Shown: positions 50,680-63,992 of the stretch, in pieces
Numbering within the stretch: position 1 is the first letter of the stretch
How the letters are laid out: each line of letters opens with the position of its first letter
Assembly: GCF_002571385.2 (NCBI RefSeq)
Contig: NW_019217795.1
Location: 462,767 to 526,766, forward strand
DNA from: Stylophora pistillata
Taxonomy: Eukaryota
DNA: 64,000 bases
Direction: 5' to 3'
Notes under the pieces: generated by a model
Databases searched by the model: none
What the model was told of the DNA's origin: nothing
What the model saw: the letters and a program-made list of their open reading frames with translations, nothing else
Program-made: the position numbers and the translations under genes

Positions 50680-52670
50680 ATGTCTTATCGCGTTTTTCTA
50701 AGTGATTTTACCCGTATTTCAGCCTACAGATATCCTCTTTGGGTCACATTTATAAACAGAAACTATGCAACGAATCTCGAAGTCAAATCTACAGACGAAG
50801 GGTATCACATTCAGCGGTTATTTCAGGGAATTATTCAAGGTGATCGTGGAAGCTTAGCGCAAGCCATAACATTAGTGGAAACTCTTCATTCAAGGAAATA
50901 TCACCAGGCACAGAAATTACTTGCCAGAGTTGTTAAATATTCAAAACATGCTCCTCCTTTCTCAAATGGACAGCGGTACTCCTTCAGGATTGGTTTATCA
51001 GGCCCGCCAGGGGGTGGAAAATCTACATTTATTGAGACATTTGGGACTTTTCTAACCAACAGAAAGCATCGGGTTGCCGTTTTGGCTGTGGATCCTTCAT
51101 CCTCCACAACTGGTGGATCCTTACTGGGTGATAAGACACGAATGACAGAGTTGTCACGAAATCTCAATGCTTACATCAGGCCGTCCCCTTCATCTGGAAC
51201 GTTGGGTAATCTCAAATTTCTTCAAAGCTGCCTTAGTGTCAAAACTCAGATATAGATTCAGTTGATTCGACCCAGGTTGCCATAACTTTTCTGAGATTTC
51301 ACCCAACATTATGGAAAAAATTGCAACAATGACAGCTATAATGATATCAATAACAATAATGAAAAAGATAATCAAACACTTCTGTTACGTCATCACATAA
51401 CTTATTTACAAGCAAGTTTGTAGTAGCTAGAAGTAGAAGAAAAAATAATAACTTTTGCCTTGGTTCTCAACAAATTATTAAGCCACTGTCTCTAATGCCC
51501 ATTTTCTAAAAGCCCTGAATAAGTTTAGTCTCCTGGAGCTCACTCTAGCATCCATGGTACTTCAGAAAAAAATACATATTCTGATTTTTCATAACTGTAC
51601 ACTTGTAGGTGGTGTAAACCGGAGCACAAATGAAGCCATTCTTCTTTGTGAAGCTGCTGGTTATGACACCATCCTTGTTGAAACAGTGGGAGTTGGACAA
51701 TCAGAAATTGCAGTTGCCTCCATGGTGGACATGTTTGTTCTTCTTATTCCACCAGCTCGTGGTGACGAACTCCAAGGAATCAAAAAAGGCATAGTGGAAA
51801 TGGCAGATCTTGTGTTGGTCAATAAATCAGATGGGGAACTTGTTATTCCAGCTCAGAGAATACAAACTGAGTACATTAGTGCTCTGAAATTATTAAGAAA
51901 AAAGTCGCCTCATTGGAATCCACCGGTATGATTAACTGTTTACACCCAAGTATCAGTATGCACTTTCTCCACACTGTTCTCTATACATGTCCTGAGGTGC
52001 TGACCAGGAGAATTTGTCAAACAATCAAGAGCTTCTTTAGTTGGTGATCATTTCCTTTATTCTCCTGACCTTAATGTGTGATTCAGGGGTGATATTGTAA
52101 GGAGAAATTAAATGCTAGCCACTATTAGGAGTTGAAGGGTTTTAATGCTTTACTTAGTGTAAGGAAATAGTTTTTTTTATAATTATGTAGCTCTTCTTTG
52201 TCTCTCTGTGCCATCTACCTCATCATTTGTTTTGTTTGATCACATAATGTTAGGTTTTTTTTTATAAAAGATAAGTTTTTTTGTTGTTGTTCTTTTCACC
52301 ATTTTTATCAGCATTTGATAAATACTTTTTTTGATGGTAAATTATGTGATAGTTTTACTGAATTTTGTACTTTCAGGTTCTCCGTATCTCCTCCAGAACT
52401 GGTGATGGAATTGAGAAAGCCTGGGAAACCATGCAGCAGTATTACACCATCATGGTTGACAATAGTGAACTGGAACAAAGGCGTTGTAAACAGCATGTGG
52501 TCTGGATGTGGAATCATATCAGAGAACAAATCATGACAAGATTTAAATCAAATCCTGAAGTTCAGAGAGAAATTCATAACTTTGAAAAATTAGTAGCAGA
52601 TGGGGAAGTTACACCTGGAATGGCAGCTGATGAGCTTCTTAAAATATTCTCTCATTCATCAAATACATGA
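50680..52670 (+). CDS. MMAA: Methylmalonic aciduria type A protein (mitochondrial MeaB-family GTPase)
   Basis: Exons (50632, 50671 or 50680)-51205, 51609-51925, 52377-52670. [13 protein letters not shown]-loop, [42 protein letters not shown]. The Arg/hydrophobic N-terminus from 50680 fits a transit peptide. Confidence 0.95.
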
Positions 52671-52867
52671 TTTTGATCTACTTGGAGGTCACCCTTTGCT
52701 TGCTCTTTCAGGAGAATCTTTCATTGACCCTTAAACTCCCATGAGTGACCAAGACAGAATTTCTCCTTACAACTTGAACCAGCATCTTAAGAATTGTATG
52801 GCAGACAGTAAAAAGAATTACTTAAATGAGATCTTTGGAGTAACAGGGTTAATGAGACAGTCCTAGC

Positions 52868-53202
52868 AAGGGAACACGGCAAAATGTTATTTTTTACCTG
52901 GTTTTATTCATTGTTTATTCACCAGTTTGAATTTCCGCCATTTTGTTTTTGAGTTTTGATTATCGCTGACGCTTTGTATCGCAGGTGAGCGCCAAAGGCA
53001 TGAGAGTTTTCCAGATGAGCCCTGAAGGGGTGAGAAGAGCACCTTTGGGGCTCATCCGGAAAACTCTCGTGCCTTCAGCGCTCACCTGTGATACAAAGTG
53101 TCAGCGGTAATCAAAACTCAAAAACAAATGGCGGAAATTCAAACTGGCAAATAAACAATGAATAAAACCAGGTAAAAAATAACATTTTGCCAGGTTCCCT
53201 GG
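52868..53202. mobile_element. Near-perfect palindromic hAT-style MITE downstream of the MMAA stop
   Basis: Arms of about 160 bp (AGGGAACACGGCAAAATGTTA.. / ..TAACATTTTGCCAGGTTCCCT); GTCCTAGC at 52860-52867 and 53203-53210. Confidence 0.9.
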
Positions 53203-54570
53203 GTCCTAGCACAAGAAATGCAACAAAGGTTTATAGAAGAGCATAAAGGCTAACAATATTTCAGTCTCTCAAAACATCATAGTATTATCTCTAAATTATA
53301 CTTTAAAGAATGACATCATTCCATTCATAGCTTTTAGAAATAAAAAGATAATTTTTAAATGATTATGATTTGGCTGTATATTTTAAATACATATCAGTGG
53401 TTTGGGAATAGTGTGGTGGAAGGTGTGGATCTTATTCTATGATCATGTTTACAAAGCCTGTTTCTGCAGCAGGAAAAAATACCACAGATACAAACTATCC
53501 TTTTATATGTCTGTTTAGAACGACTCAATAAATCCACGGTTAAACTCAAAGTTTTACTTTATTCTGACTAAGGACAAAACCTCCTTGGCGAATACTCGAT
53601 CTTCACAATGCAAAATCTCGAACGAAGTAAAAGTACTTGACATTTGATCCGTGTCACTCATTTTAAAAATACCATAAATGTAACGCAATGTCACGTTGTC
53701 CTGAACAATGTCTCTTATAAAAGAATTCCTCATTTCCAGATCCTATTGATTTTAATTTGTGGTGAAGCAGTCTATTTTCATGGGAATGTTGCAAGAATCA
53801 TTGTTCAACCAATCAGACAAAAATTCAGATTCTGGACTGGCTGTAAATGGCTCATACAGTATGCCTACTTGTGATTTATGTCTCAGTGATTGTAATATGA
53901 AGTTGACTTCTCTGCGAGACTTTCGATCTCAAGTGCAAGTTGCAAGTGTACCTTGCTGAGGACTTAAAATTTGTAATCCTCGTACTTGCTGAGGGGTGAG
54001 GAATCAGTTTGCCCCTTTATGAAAGAGTGCATCAAAAGGCATCAGCAGCAGGTTGTAATTTGAAGTCTCATTGGATGTGAAATTGCTTAACAGTTTAGAA
54101 TAATTTGGCAGCTACAACAGAATGCTCTTCAAGGGCAATAGCAGAACTTTACATGGTATACATATACATTTTTTCTACTCTACAATTGTATTGTAAATTT
54201 CTGTTTTTCCTTATTTAGACTAAGTAGTAGTAGGTCCACATCAGCTGTACAGTTGCATATTTTTAAAACCTACTTATCAAATAAATGTATGTATGTTTGA
54301 ATGTATATGAGTGCCTCATCTGCGGAATTCCGTGCGGATATGCCAAACCCCGCCCCAAATAACACCCTTCAACGTCTTTGTATAGTCAGCGGTCCACCGA
54401 ACCAGCGTACAATATTTGCCATTCCTCAAGTGATTACATCTCACCGCCCTAACAAATTTTCTGCCTTGTGATCTGCCGTTAGTGTACTAATCATGCGTAT
54501 TGCCAATTATTTCCGTTCTGTTAGCTAGTTAGGCGGCTCTATTTGTACGCATCGGAGTGGTTTCCGAGCG

Positions 54571-57500
54571 ATGGAGGACATCTTCTCTGCTTCGCGTGAA
54601 GGCAACCTTCGATTTGTGAAGACATGGCTCGAAAACACTTCGAACGATTTGAATCAAGGGTAAGTAGACAGTGTCAACAGTTCTATAAAAGTGAAAAAGC
54701 TGTCAGCTTTGTTTGAACAAAGAGTGACAAATGGTTAAGAAGACGAATAATCATTTCTTTTTCGCAATTTGCTCTTCTTTTGGTAGACATTATCGTCAAC
54801 GTGCATAATGTACTATTTGATCTGTTTATGTGTTTGGGATATTTCTAGCGTTCAAGAGAGAAAACAATTCAGCTTTGAGTGTGTGAGTTCTGTTTGAATT
54901 ACGGTTCTTATCCTTTAAGTTATATTTCATCGTCTTATTTTAATACAGGGATGATCATGGTTTCACTCCCTTGTTATGGTCAGCAAGAGAAGGCCAAACC
55001 GCAGTATTTGATCTACTTTTGTCAAGAGGAGCGCGCATCACTGCTTTAAACGATGGCGGTGATAATGGCCTTCATTTGGCGGCCAGCAAAAGCAACAAGG
55101 AAATTATACAAAGGGTAAGACTGCGTCTTTACCATCAAACTTGAAAATTATCAGGTTTCAGCGGGCAACACAAGTAAACATGGCCTCTTTAGCGAAGTAA
55201 TTTGTGTCCAGAAAAATTAACGCGGCAGTCGTAAAGTAAACAACAGATCACATCAGGGAGAAATGTTTTGTGACGTAAACTTGGATGAGGTTAACAAATT
55301 ATGTTATTCTCTTTGTCTTGTATATGAAATGACACGCTGATCAATACAGGATAACTCACTGCATTATTTACAGTGCAAAACAATTATTTCAATTTGATTT
55401 TAACTGAAATGTAACTGATTTGTTAATCTAATCAGGGACGTTGCTTAAGGACGTAAACATTAGGGATAAATATCATACTGCTATCGATATCATTGATATT
55501 ATACAGTTATACAATTATGTATAACTTCTGTCTGAGTAAGTTTTCCCTTTCAGTTTTGTTGCTGAGTATCAAGTCAAAGCCTTTGTTATTGGAAACTTAT
55601 TCTTTTCCTAATAATTGTTGAAAATTTTGAACTTACCTCCCACCTTCTCAAACTCTTTAACCCTATGAATCTCAAGATCTGCTGATCGTTAACTCTCTCT
55701 TTTAGCTGCTACACATTTCCTTGTAAATCAGTTATGAGAATTTGGTGTTAGATCAAGATATGACAACTTCAACCTGATAAGTTAGAGTATTCTCATGACC
55801 AGTTTGATGGATAATGTATGGATATTATAGGAAGAAGTTACTATTTAATCACTTCTGTCAGGTAGTTAACCCATTGACTCTTTAAAGTGACTAGCATCTA
55901 ATTCCTCTTGTCAACATCACCCGAAGCCCCAAATTGTTCTTGATTGTCAAACAAATTCTCCTCGTCCACACTTTGGGAAACATGTGGAGAGCAGTATGGA
56001 AAACATGCATGATATTGGAAGGGTGTAAAGGGTAAGCATTTGTTAACTAATTTCTGTGATTTTCTACTCGCTTAGCTTTTGAAAAATAAATGTCCTGTTA
56101 ATGGTGTCAATAATCATGGAAACACGCCGCTCCATTATGCATGCTTCTGGAATTCCGAAGAATGTGCAGAGGTAAGGTGTTGGCAGATGACTTTTCTCCC
56201 ATAAGATTAATTCATTGGTTAGTCCTGAGAATTCAGCATTATCTCAAAACAATTTCCCCTTGCTTATGCTTTTTTTATTCTCATTATTTGCCTGTCTTTT
56301 TCCACCAGAAGGAATGAAAATTGTCACCATTCAAGAAACCATTCAAGAAACCATTCACACACATGTATAGGGATAATTTTTGGTGGTGTCACCTCAAACA
56401 GTTCTATCCTAGCCTTTGCTGCAAAACGTCAGTTGCCAGCAAAATTGGCCAGATGGAAAAGTGGCAATCACTGGCAGGGTTTAGTAACAAAATGTGATTC
56501 CCAAGCTGGATCTCTTATTGCACCATCTTTGAGCTGCCTCAATTGAAATGTCAGCTGGTAGCTCAATTTCATAGCCACTACCCAGCTATCCTGGGAGATG
56601 TAAACCAGTTGTCTTTATCTGTTTGTTTTCTTTCATAGGAGCTAGTCAAAAGAGGTGCTTTGGTCTCACAGTGCAATAAGTATGGGGAGACACCACTTGA
56701 CAAATGTAAACCTTTCCTGGCAGAAATTTTAAGAGGTGAGAAAGGTTATGTCAAAGTATTGATGTAATTGGTGATTGAAGGTTACCAACCCAACTGTTCT
56801 AAAAGATTCCACAGGTTTTTATCGAAACACAATCAATTCTTTCCTTTGTTCCACAGACTTAGCAGCTCAACTTGGACAAGATCTCAAAAGAATTCCTTAC
56901 AAAGGTGACTTTTCTGAAAATAATTTTCCTATAATCATAATTTAAGATTCTCTCAAGCCATACCTTGCATAATAACTAGCTGTGAGAATTCTGCTATAAA
57001 TAACTGGAGTTGGAAAGTGCTTGATACATGTTTAACTATATTCATTTGGTCATCTTACAGATAGCCGTTCAAAGCATGGAAAAAAAGATGGTAAGATGGA
57101 AAGCTGTTTTTGGTGTTTTTGGTAGTTCAACATGAACTAGATATTATATAAATGCAGATTACCTAATTCAATTGAGGTGTACTGGTTTTGACTTGCACAC
57201 CATATACATTTGATTTCCTTACTGCATTTTACAGTAATTTGTGTTTCTAATTGGTTCAATTTACAGATTTACGGGACATTAAGTCCAGACTTTCATGGAT
57301 TCAACCCCAAGAAATTGATTTGGTGACAAAAATAGGCAAAACAGTGACTGGCGAGGTAATTATACATTGATGAAATTTTTGGTGTTTAATTTATCATAAC
57401 AGACAAAAGTCATGGAAAATTCAGTGGAAAATCAACAAATGTTTAAAAATCTTAGAAGAACAAACACTGTGATCATAAGATCCAGTAGATGTTTCCCAGT

Positions 57501-60500
57501 CATCTATTTTGTATTCATCAAATGTGATGTCTTGACCATTTTACTCCAAGGAGAGACCAAAATGGAATTTCTCCATTCAGAGTCAATAAAGTAGGCAAAA
57601 GAGTTAACTACTCATCATGCTATTCCTCGGCAATTCTCTTTATAGAAAGTAAGATGATTTCATGTAGCTTAGCAAGAAAGTCTTTAGTGCAAGAAAGTCT
57701 TTTGTGCAAGAAAGTCTTTTGTGCAAGAAAGTCTTTTTGTGCAAGAAAGTCTTTTTGTGCAAGAAAGTCTTGTGCAAACCTTTTTACCCCCTGACTGCTT
57801 CATATGTAATAGATAAAATCAATTTTTTACCACAATTGGCAGTAATTTTGCAAGCTGATTGGCCAATTTGCCATTGTCATTAAGAGTACAGACAATGCTG
57901 TTGGTGCCAACATGTCACACAATGGTCATAAACTGTAAAAATCAAAATTTTGACCACTGTGAAGATAAATATCATTGTAAATAAGAGTACAGATCGTGCT
58001 AAACCACTGTCTATTTGTGAACTAGATGTCTAGAAATTATTTAGTTAACGTATTGGAATTTTGATGTTGGCTTATTATTTTTCAGGTATGGAAAGGGAAG
58101 TGGAATGATCTCAATATCATTGGCAAAAAGCTTGCCATTAAAATGGTCAACAAAAGAATATCAAGAGATTTCAGTGAGGAATACTCAAAATTAAGGTAAA
58201 TACATTGAAATATTTGTACATTATTTTGTTAGGTGTTGTTAATGAATTAGACTGTGCCATGTAGCCTGATCGCCTAGATGAGCGTACTCCTGAAAAGGAC
58301 TGTTGTCAGTACGTAGTAGTGACTGACAGAAGTTTTGACAACCAGAGCGGAAGAAATCATCAGAGTCAAGTATGGAGTTGTTGTCAGTCAGTGATATAAG
58401 TCCAGTTTGTGTGAAGACAGATTGATCAGACCATTTCAATCATTTCCAGGTTCTTAATTGATTAGCTACTTATTGTAAGTCAATTAAAAGTTTGTTTTGG
58501 TTTTCAGAATATTTTCCCACCCAAATGTTCTACCGGTAATTGGTGCAGTTAATGACTCCAAGGACTTGATAGTTCTTTCACAGTATCTTCCATTTGGTTC
58601 ACTTTACAATGTTTTACATGAAGGAACAGGTAATTAAGAGAAAAGGGTTTTGTCAAACTGGTATAAAGTAATCGCCCCTGTTAGGAAATTTTGTCCCTTT
58701 GACAACTTTCACAATTTTGGTCAAGCTTGAATTTGTGCAGCAATTACAATCATACATGTCAAGTGAATTGTTTTGGAAACAGTAGAAACAAAGATGTATG
58801 TTACAGAGACCTATGACAGCTTTTTTTTTTTTTTTGCCTTTTGTTCCTAGAACTCAGAAAACTTAATATATCTTTACAATGCTCAAGGTTAATTCTGTTA
58901 CTTTTCAAACATGATGGTGAATGTTACAGGAAAAAAAATCCCAATCAGTTAAGCCTCTTGTGCATTAAATTGTATGTAGGTACTCTACAATAACATTTTC
59001 TGAGACATCAGATTTGTGATGCCAACAGGGATCATTGTGGACCATGAGCAAGCAATGAAGTTTGCATTAGACATTGCCAAAGGAATGGAGTACCTGCATT
59101 CTTTAGACCAACTTATTCCAAGGCTGTACCTTAAAAGCACACATGTCATGGTATGTATTTCATGACATCCCTTGTAAAGAATGAGAATTTATCAGAAGTT
59201 TCTGCCACCTTCAGCATTTTAAAGGTTTCTTAGACAGTGGTCCAAAATCCTTCTAGAACCAAGAGAGTTAATATAAGTAAAGGAAATTGTGTTGTCCATG
59301 AAAACTGACCACCAAGAAAAGTGACAGTAAGAACTAGGTGATAACTATGAAGTCAGTTGTTAATACCGTCATGTGTTGGAACAAAGTTTGTACACCTTTG
59401 AAGAATTTGTACAGCTGCCATTTCCTAGTTTTGATTCTGTGAATCAATTCCACATTCAGACATTACTTTAAGATTTGTGCAAACATGGAACACCTGGGGC
59501 CTTACAACTGAATAGTTCCAAGTCTTGGGTGTAATCTGACAGAATATGATAACCTGGTAGCTTTATATTTCAGTATCATTTGCCTTCTACTTTCAAACTT
59601 ACTGAAAGCCCTGACAGGTATGAGGAAAATGTTTACTCTATCAGGCTAAATTTTGTTTCTGAAGTATGACTTTTATTCTGCTTTATTTGTTCCAGATTGA
59701 TGATGATCTAACAGCTAGAATAAGTATGGCCGATTACAGATTCTCCTTCATGAACCTCAGCAAAATTGAAAGTCCAAACTGGATGGCTCCAGAAGGTAAT
59801 ATGTTCGAATCAGGGTTTATATATGTCACAGGAAAGTTAGAAAGACAGGAAATGTAGTTCCTTACATCATTTCCCAGGGCTAGATAGTCATGGAATTTTA
59901 AAGGATTTTGGAATTTTAAATTATAAAAGAGTAAAAGCTCAGTTAAAGTATGAAAAATAGAGAGATAGCCAATGTTTAACTTCTAAGGGGATATGGATAT
60001 TGTTGACTGTTGAGACCCCCCTTTGCTGATTTTCAGGATCAGTTTCCATTTAGAGATTTGTTTCCTTTTTCATGCAGTCGTAAATCACTGTGTATCCTTT
60101 AGTGTTACAGAAAAGCCCTGAAGAAGTGGATCAACGTTCAGCAGACATGTGGAGTTATGCCATGATCCTTTGGGAACTTGTCACAAGAGAAGTCCCCTTT
60201 GGTCACTTGTCACCCATGGAAGTTGGCATGAAGGTGATTAATGCTCAGTTACTTTCTTAGGCTATTCATTCAGCATTACAGATCAGAATTTTCTCTGGCT
60301 ACTAAACTGCATTCTCTTGCTAAATTCTCTTAGGCTTGAGCAAGTTTTAATGCTGATGTAGTGTGAACTTCTCTTGATACTTAACCCTATCTAAATCAAT
60401 TTCTTGGTCATCATCGTTACCTGTGCTGCTAATTTGTTTAATTAAATTGTATACCCTACCTATTTCAGGTTGCACTTGAAGGTTTACGACCATCTGTTCC

Positions 60501-60615
60501 ACCTGGAGTATCTACACAGATCACAAAGCTTGTGTCGATCTGTTGGAATAACGATCCAACCAAGAGACCCCGGTTTGACCAGATTCTTCCGATTCTAAAC
60601 AAGATGGCACAATAA
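54571..60615 (+). CDS. ILK: Integrin-linked kinase (ankyrin repeats plus pseudokinase), about 448 aa, 13 exons
   Basis: Exons 54571-54659, 54949-55114, 56076-56171, 56639-56735, 56857-56904, 57061-57090, 57267-57355, 58086-58195, 58508-58629, 59029-59150, 59696-59795, 60103-60233, 60469-60615 join in frame (1347 nt). [56 protein letters not shown]; no HRD or DFG. Confidence 0.95.
57671..57776. repeat. Minisatellite, unit about 17-18 bp, 6 copies, in an ILK intron
   Basis: GCAAGAAAGTCTTT(T)(T)GT repeated in tandem. Confidence 0.9.
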
Positions 60616-61329
60616 AATGTACTTAGCATAATCCTAGACCAATAGGTTATCAAATAGTTATGTTACAAGGGAGTGAATAGTAGCTGTTATCAATCCATCA
60701 TTTATTTTTCAAATTTCTAACGGAATTGTTCAAATTGTGTGGAACTCTGCCGCTCTGTGCCTCTTACAAGTCAATAACATGTAACTTCTCTTTAAGAAGA
60801 CGAGATATGAGAGGTTAGAGAACTAACCCCCCTCGCCCCTTCTTTTGATGGTTTGTTCTCACAACAGTTCGATTTCCGTGATAAGAAAAACTGGTTTACC
60901 TGACAGAAATTCGAAGACAGCATGCCCTGACTCCTTTATATTAAACAAATATTTTATATAATATATCTATTGACCTTTATACTCGACATATTTTGTAATA
61001 AGTTATTTTTATATTCTGTGAGGAATAACGTAATCTTAACTGTTATTATGTACAAAAATAACAAGCGAGTAAACGTGAATTCGATTAATCTGTGACATCC
61101 GTACTGTCAACTCTAAGGTTTCACTTCGATAGTTAGTTACTGAAATCTATAGTGAACCCTAAGAAGTCACAAGGAACACTGGATTTTTCCGAGGGGCAGT
61201 GAGATATCTTTTCCCACTAGTACTTGGAAATCTTAGCATTCAAATCGGCCTTGTGTCGCCAGCAGTCACACCAGCCAAATCTATTTGGGGATTGTGGTGA
61301 ATCCCACAGGACCACCAACTAACATACAA

Positions 61330-61535
61330 TCCCTCAGACCCTGAGCAGATCCCTGAGTATAAATAGCAATTTAGACGAGTAGTGAAATTTAGGAGGTGGA
61401 GAGTATTTAAATCTAAATTCTGGAAAGCTGTAAACAAAGTTTGTTTCATTGGGAAGTTTATTACATTCAGAGTACTCAACTGTTTGCTCCCACAGGTAAT
61501 CAGTGCGTAAGTTCTCCGTGCGTAAATTCTCCTCA
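61330..61535 (-). mobile_element. Short degenerate LINE 3' fragment
   Basis: IYARRTYA..GSKQLSTL..FQNLDLNTLHLLNFTTRL resembles LINE ORF2 C-termini. Confidence 0.4.
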
Positions 61536-61711
61536 AATAGATAGACTCAGAATAAAGAAAACTCTGAAATTATGAAAAGTCGGTTGCTTTCTTGTCAAAT
61601 TCTTATAACCACTTTACCGATAAATGTAGAGCAGTAAGGACCATCCCTATAATATAAGACTTTTTGACCCCTCAGAGTGGCTTAGGCGAGCATCTAGTTT
61701 TCCTTGCCACG

Positions 61712-61972
61712 GCCGGACCAACACTCGGGGTCTTAAAATAACTGAGGAGAATGTGCTACCTTTCTATAATATCAAGAAATGGATAGATATTCTAGTCTTC
61801 TCGGATAACATGACGAATAAATCGTAGGTCCCGTCTCCTGCAAGGTTAGGGGTAGGAGACATTGATTTCCCCTGTGTGGTGGATGTCCTCCCCTGGGATG
61901 GGATGGGTGGGTATGTCTGTTGAAGATGGGCTGTATTGCCTTTTGCAGATTAGACATTTAGATTTAGATTTA
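61712..61972 (+). mobile_element. SINE family A, copy 6 (head lost, internal deletion)
   Basis: GGACCAACACTCGGGGTCTTAAAATAACTGAGGAGAATGTGCTACCTTTCTAT..GGGATGGGATGGGTGGG, tail ending (GATTTA)n. Confidence 0.85.
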
Positions 61973-63272
61973 CAATATCACTCCCGAATCATACGGAGTA
62001 AGCGCGAGAGGGGAGTCACACTCGCCAAGTGCATGGTCTCCGCTCGTCTTGAAAACGCAATTAAATGGCACCCGTTTTGCGAGCGACTCAAGTTTGAAAC
62101 AGCCGAACCCTTTTAACAGAGGTAATGTCCCACTTGGAGCATATGATGAAAATTTTCTCAGAAATTTGTTCTGGATTTAAAACCGTAAAAAAAATAGTAT
62201 TCAATGATCGAATCCTTGGTTTCTTATGCGAAATTCAACTAAACTCGCAAGCGGGATTGAAGCGTAACTTCCCCTCAGATTTTCATTACACAATCAACAA
62301 AACAGATAATGAGAAGAGGCAAGTTCATCAGCTTTAGGGTGTCATCTTGATCTAACACCAAATTCTTTTAGCTAACATAAAAAAATGTACAGCATTTTGA
62401 AAGGAGACTAAAGAATCATATTTAAGGACTTCACGAGAAATTTGCAAGAGAACCATATAATTCTGATCTCAGTCATTTGAAATTTACTATGAAATTGTGA
62501 CACTGACCGCGCCTTCAGATTCGTAATGATTATTTGAACTGAGTGGAGTGCAATTTGGTCTGTAATCACACGCGTGATTTCAAAATCAAACGACGCGGCG
62601 GCCGGCGGGGCCCATATCAAACTTACGTTTAACATCTACCTGTACAGACTTTCGTGACATGTCACGCAGTCCGGGGCCAGTCAAAAACACACTAATTTTC
62701 GAACATTTTCTTCGTTTTCGCGTATTCCACTTGAATCGCTATCTTTCTTACCCTCAGTTTATAAAACTATCGTAAATAAGCTTTCTATAACGCTGTATTT
62801 GAAGGTAATCATGAAAATATTTCGTTCGGGCTTTTTTAAACTTTTGGTTAACAATTCAGACATTTCGAAGAGGGGTGTTTATGCTAGATGCAAACACTGG
62901 CCATAGAGTCTGGGGCTATAACTCTAGAGCGCATGCACAGAACTGGTCATTACCGCGAAATACGAAAAGAAGAATAAATTTGGCGCAATTTGATGTATAA
63001 TACATGAATTTTGGATATTGTTTGGGTTCGGGAAATGGGACTCGATGTTTACGCACTGGTGATTTTGTCCTCGCTGCCTCTTCTCTCGGTGGCCGTAGAT
63101 GCGCAAAACGATTTTGCCGAAGAAACAAGTGGTCCGAAAGGGGAAAAATTGCCTTGGTTTAATTACGAAATAAACAAGTAACATTGCGTTAATCGAAGTT
63201 TACTTCAACCCGTTTCTTTTCTTCTTTTTTTTTAATTTTGTTTTCATCAAACTGATTTTTTTTTTTTAACAG

Positions 63273-63992
63273 CTATCTCATATATTCCCTGTCGAAGAAG
63301 CCTGACCAAGAGCCGAACGACGAAAGTGCCGATTCTCTGATTGCAGGAATCGTGGAAAAAATCTTGAGGGAATCTGAGATCAGCGGGGTTGTGTTAAATT
63401 CCAGAATTCTCAACGTCTTCAGGAAAAAGATTTCTCTCCTCCACTCAGCGTTCAAGAAAGCTTCAAAAAGTGGGGAGAATAGTGTAAAGAAGCTGATTGA
63501 TTAATGGAAGGCGAAAAACTACTCCTTCAAAATTCTTTTTCATGAGCTTGAAAAAAAAACTCATTGATTGAGGAAAACCAACAGCTCCGTGGACAGAAAA
63601 GGAAAGCTAAACTGGATTTAGCCGTAGAGCAGGCAAAGAAATTAAAAATTGAGCAGAAACTCGAAAATATCATTTGGGACTCGGAAAACAGAAAAGAACA
63701 ATACAAAGAAAAATTCAAGAGATTAGCGAAGAAAGCAGCAAGAATACAAAAAAAAGAGGGACAAAGAGGTCCAATCAAGAATAAAAAATTCACGGAGTAC
63801 ACCAAACAGCACCAAGCAGGGATAAGGCGAACATTCAAAGAAGACTGCCACTCAGCGCTATCATTTTTAGGCCTGTATGATTTTGTTGCCACTATGGTGG
63901 AGATATTCAATAACGACACCCAGCAATATGAAACTATTTCATTGATAGAAGAGGGAGAATTTCAACTACTAGAAACTGAGCCAAAGAACTGA
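63273..63992 (+). pseudogene. Decayed ORF with a Lys/Glu-rich coiled coil, probably carried by a mobile element that runs off the window
   Basis: After an acceptor ending at 63272 one frame reads ISYSLSKKPDQ..KKLID*WKAKNYSFKILFHELEKK, then frameshifts in an A-run into the 63564-63992 ORF. Confidence 0.45.

Noticed and set aside
53644-54060. Cys-containing ORF fragments resembling a zinc-binding domain
   Set aside because: Broken by stops and frame changes; family not identifiable from sequence alone.
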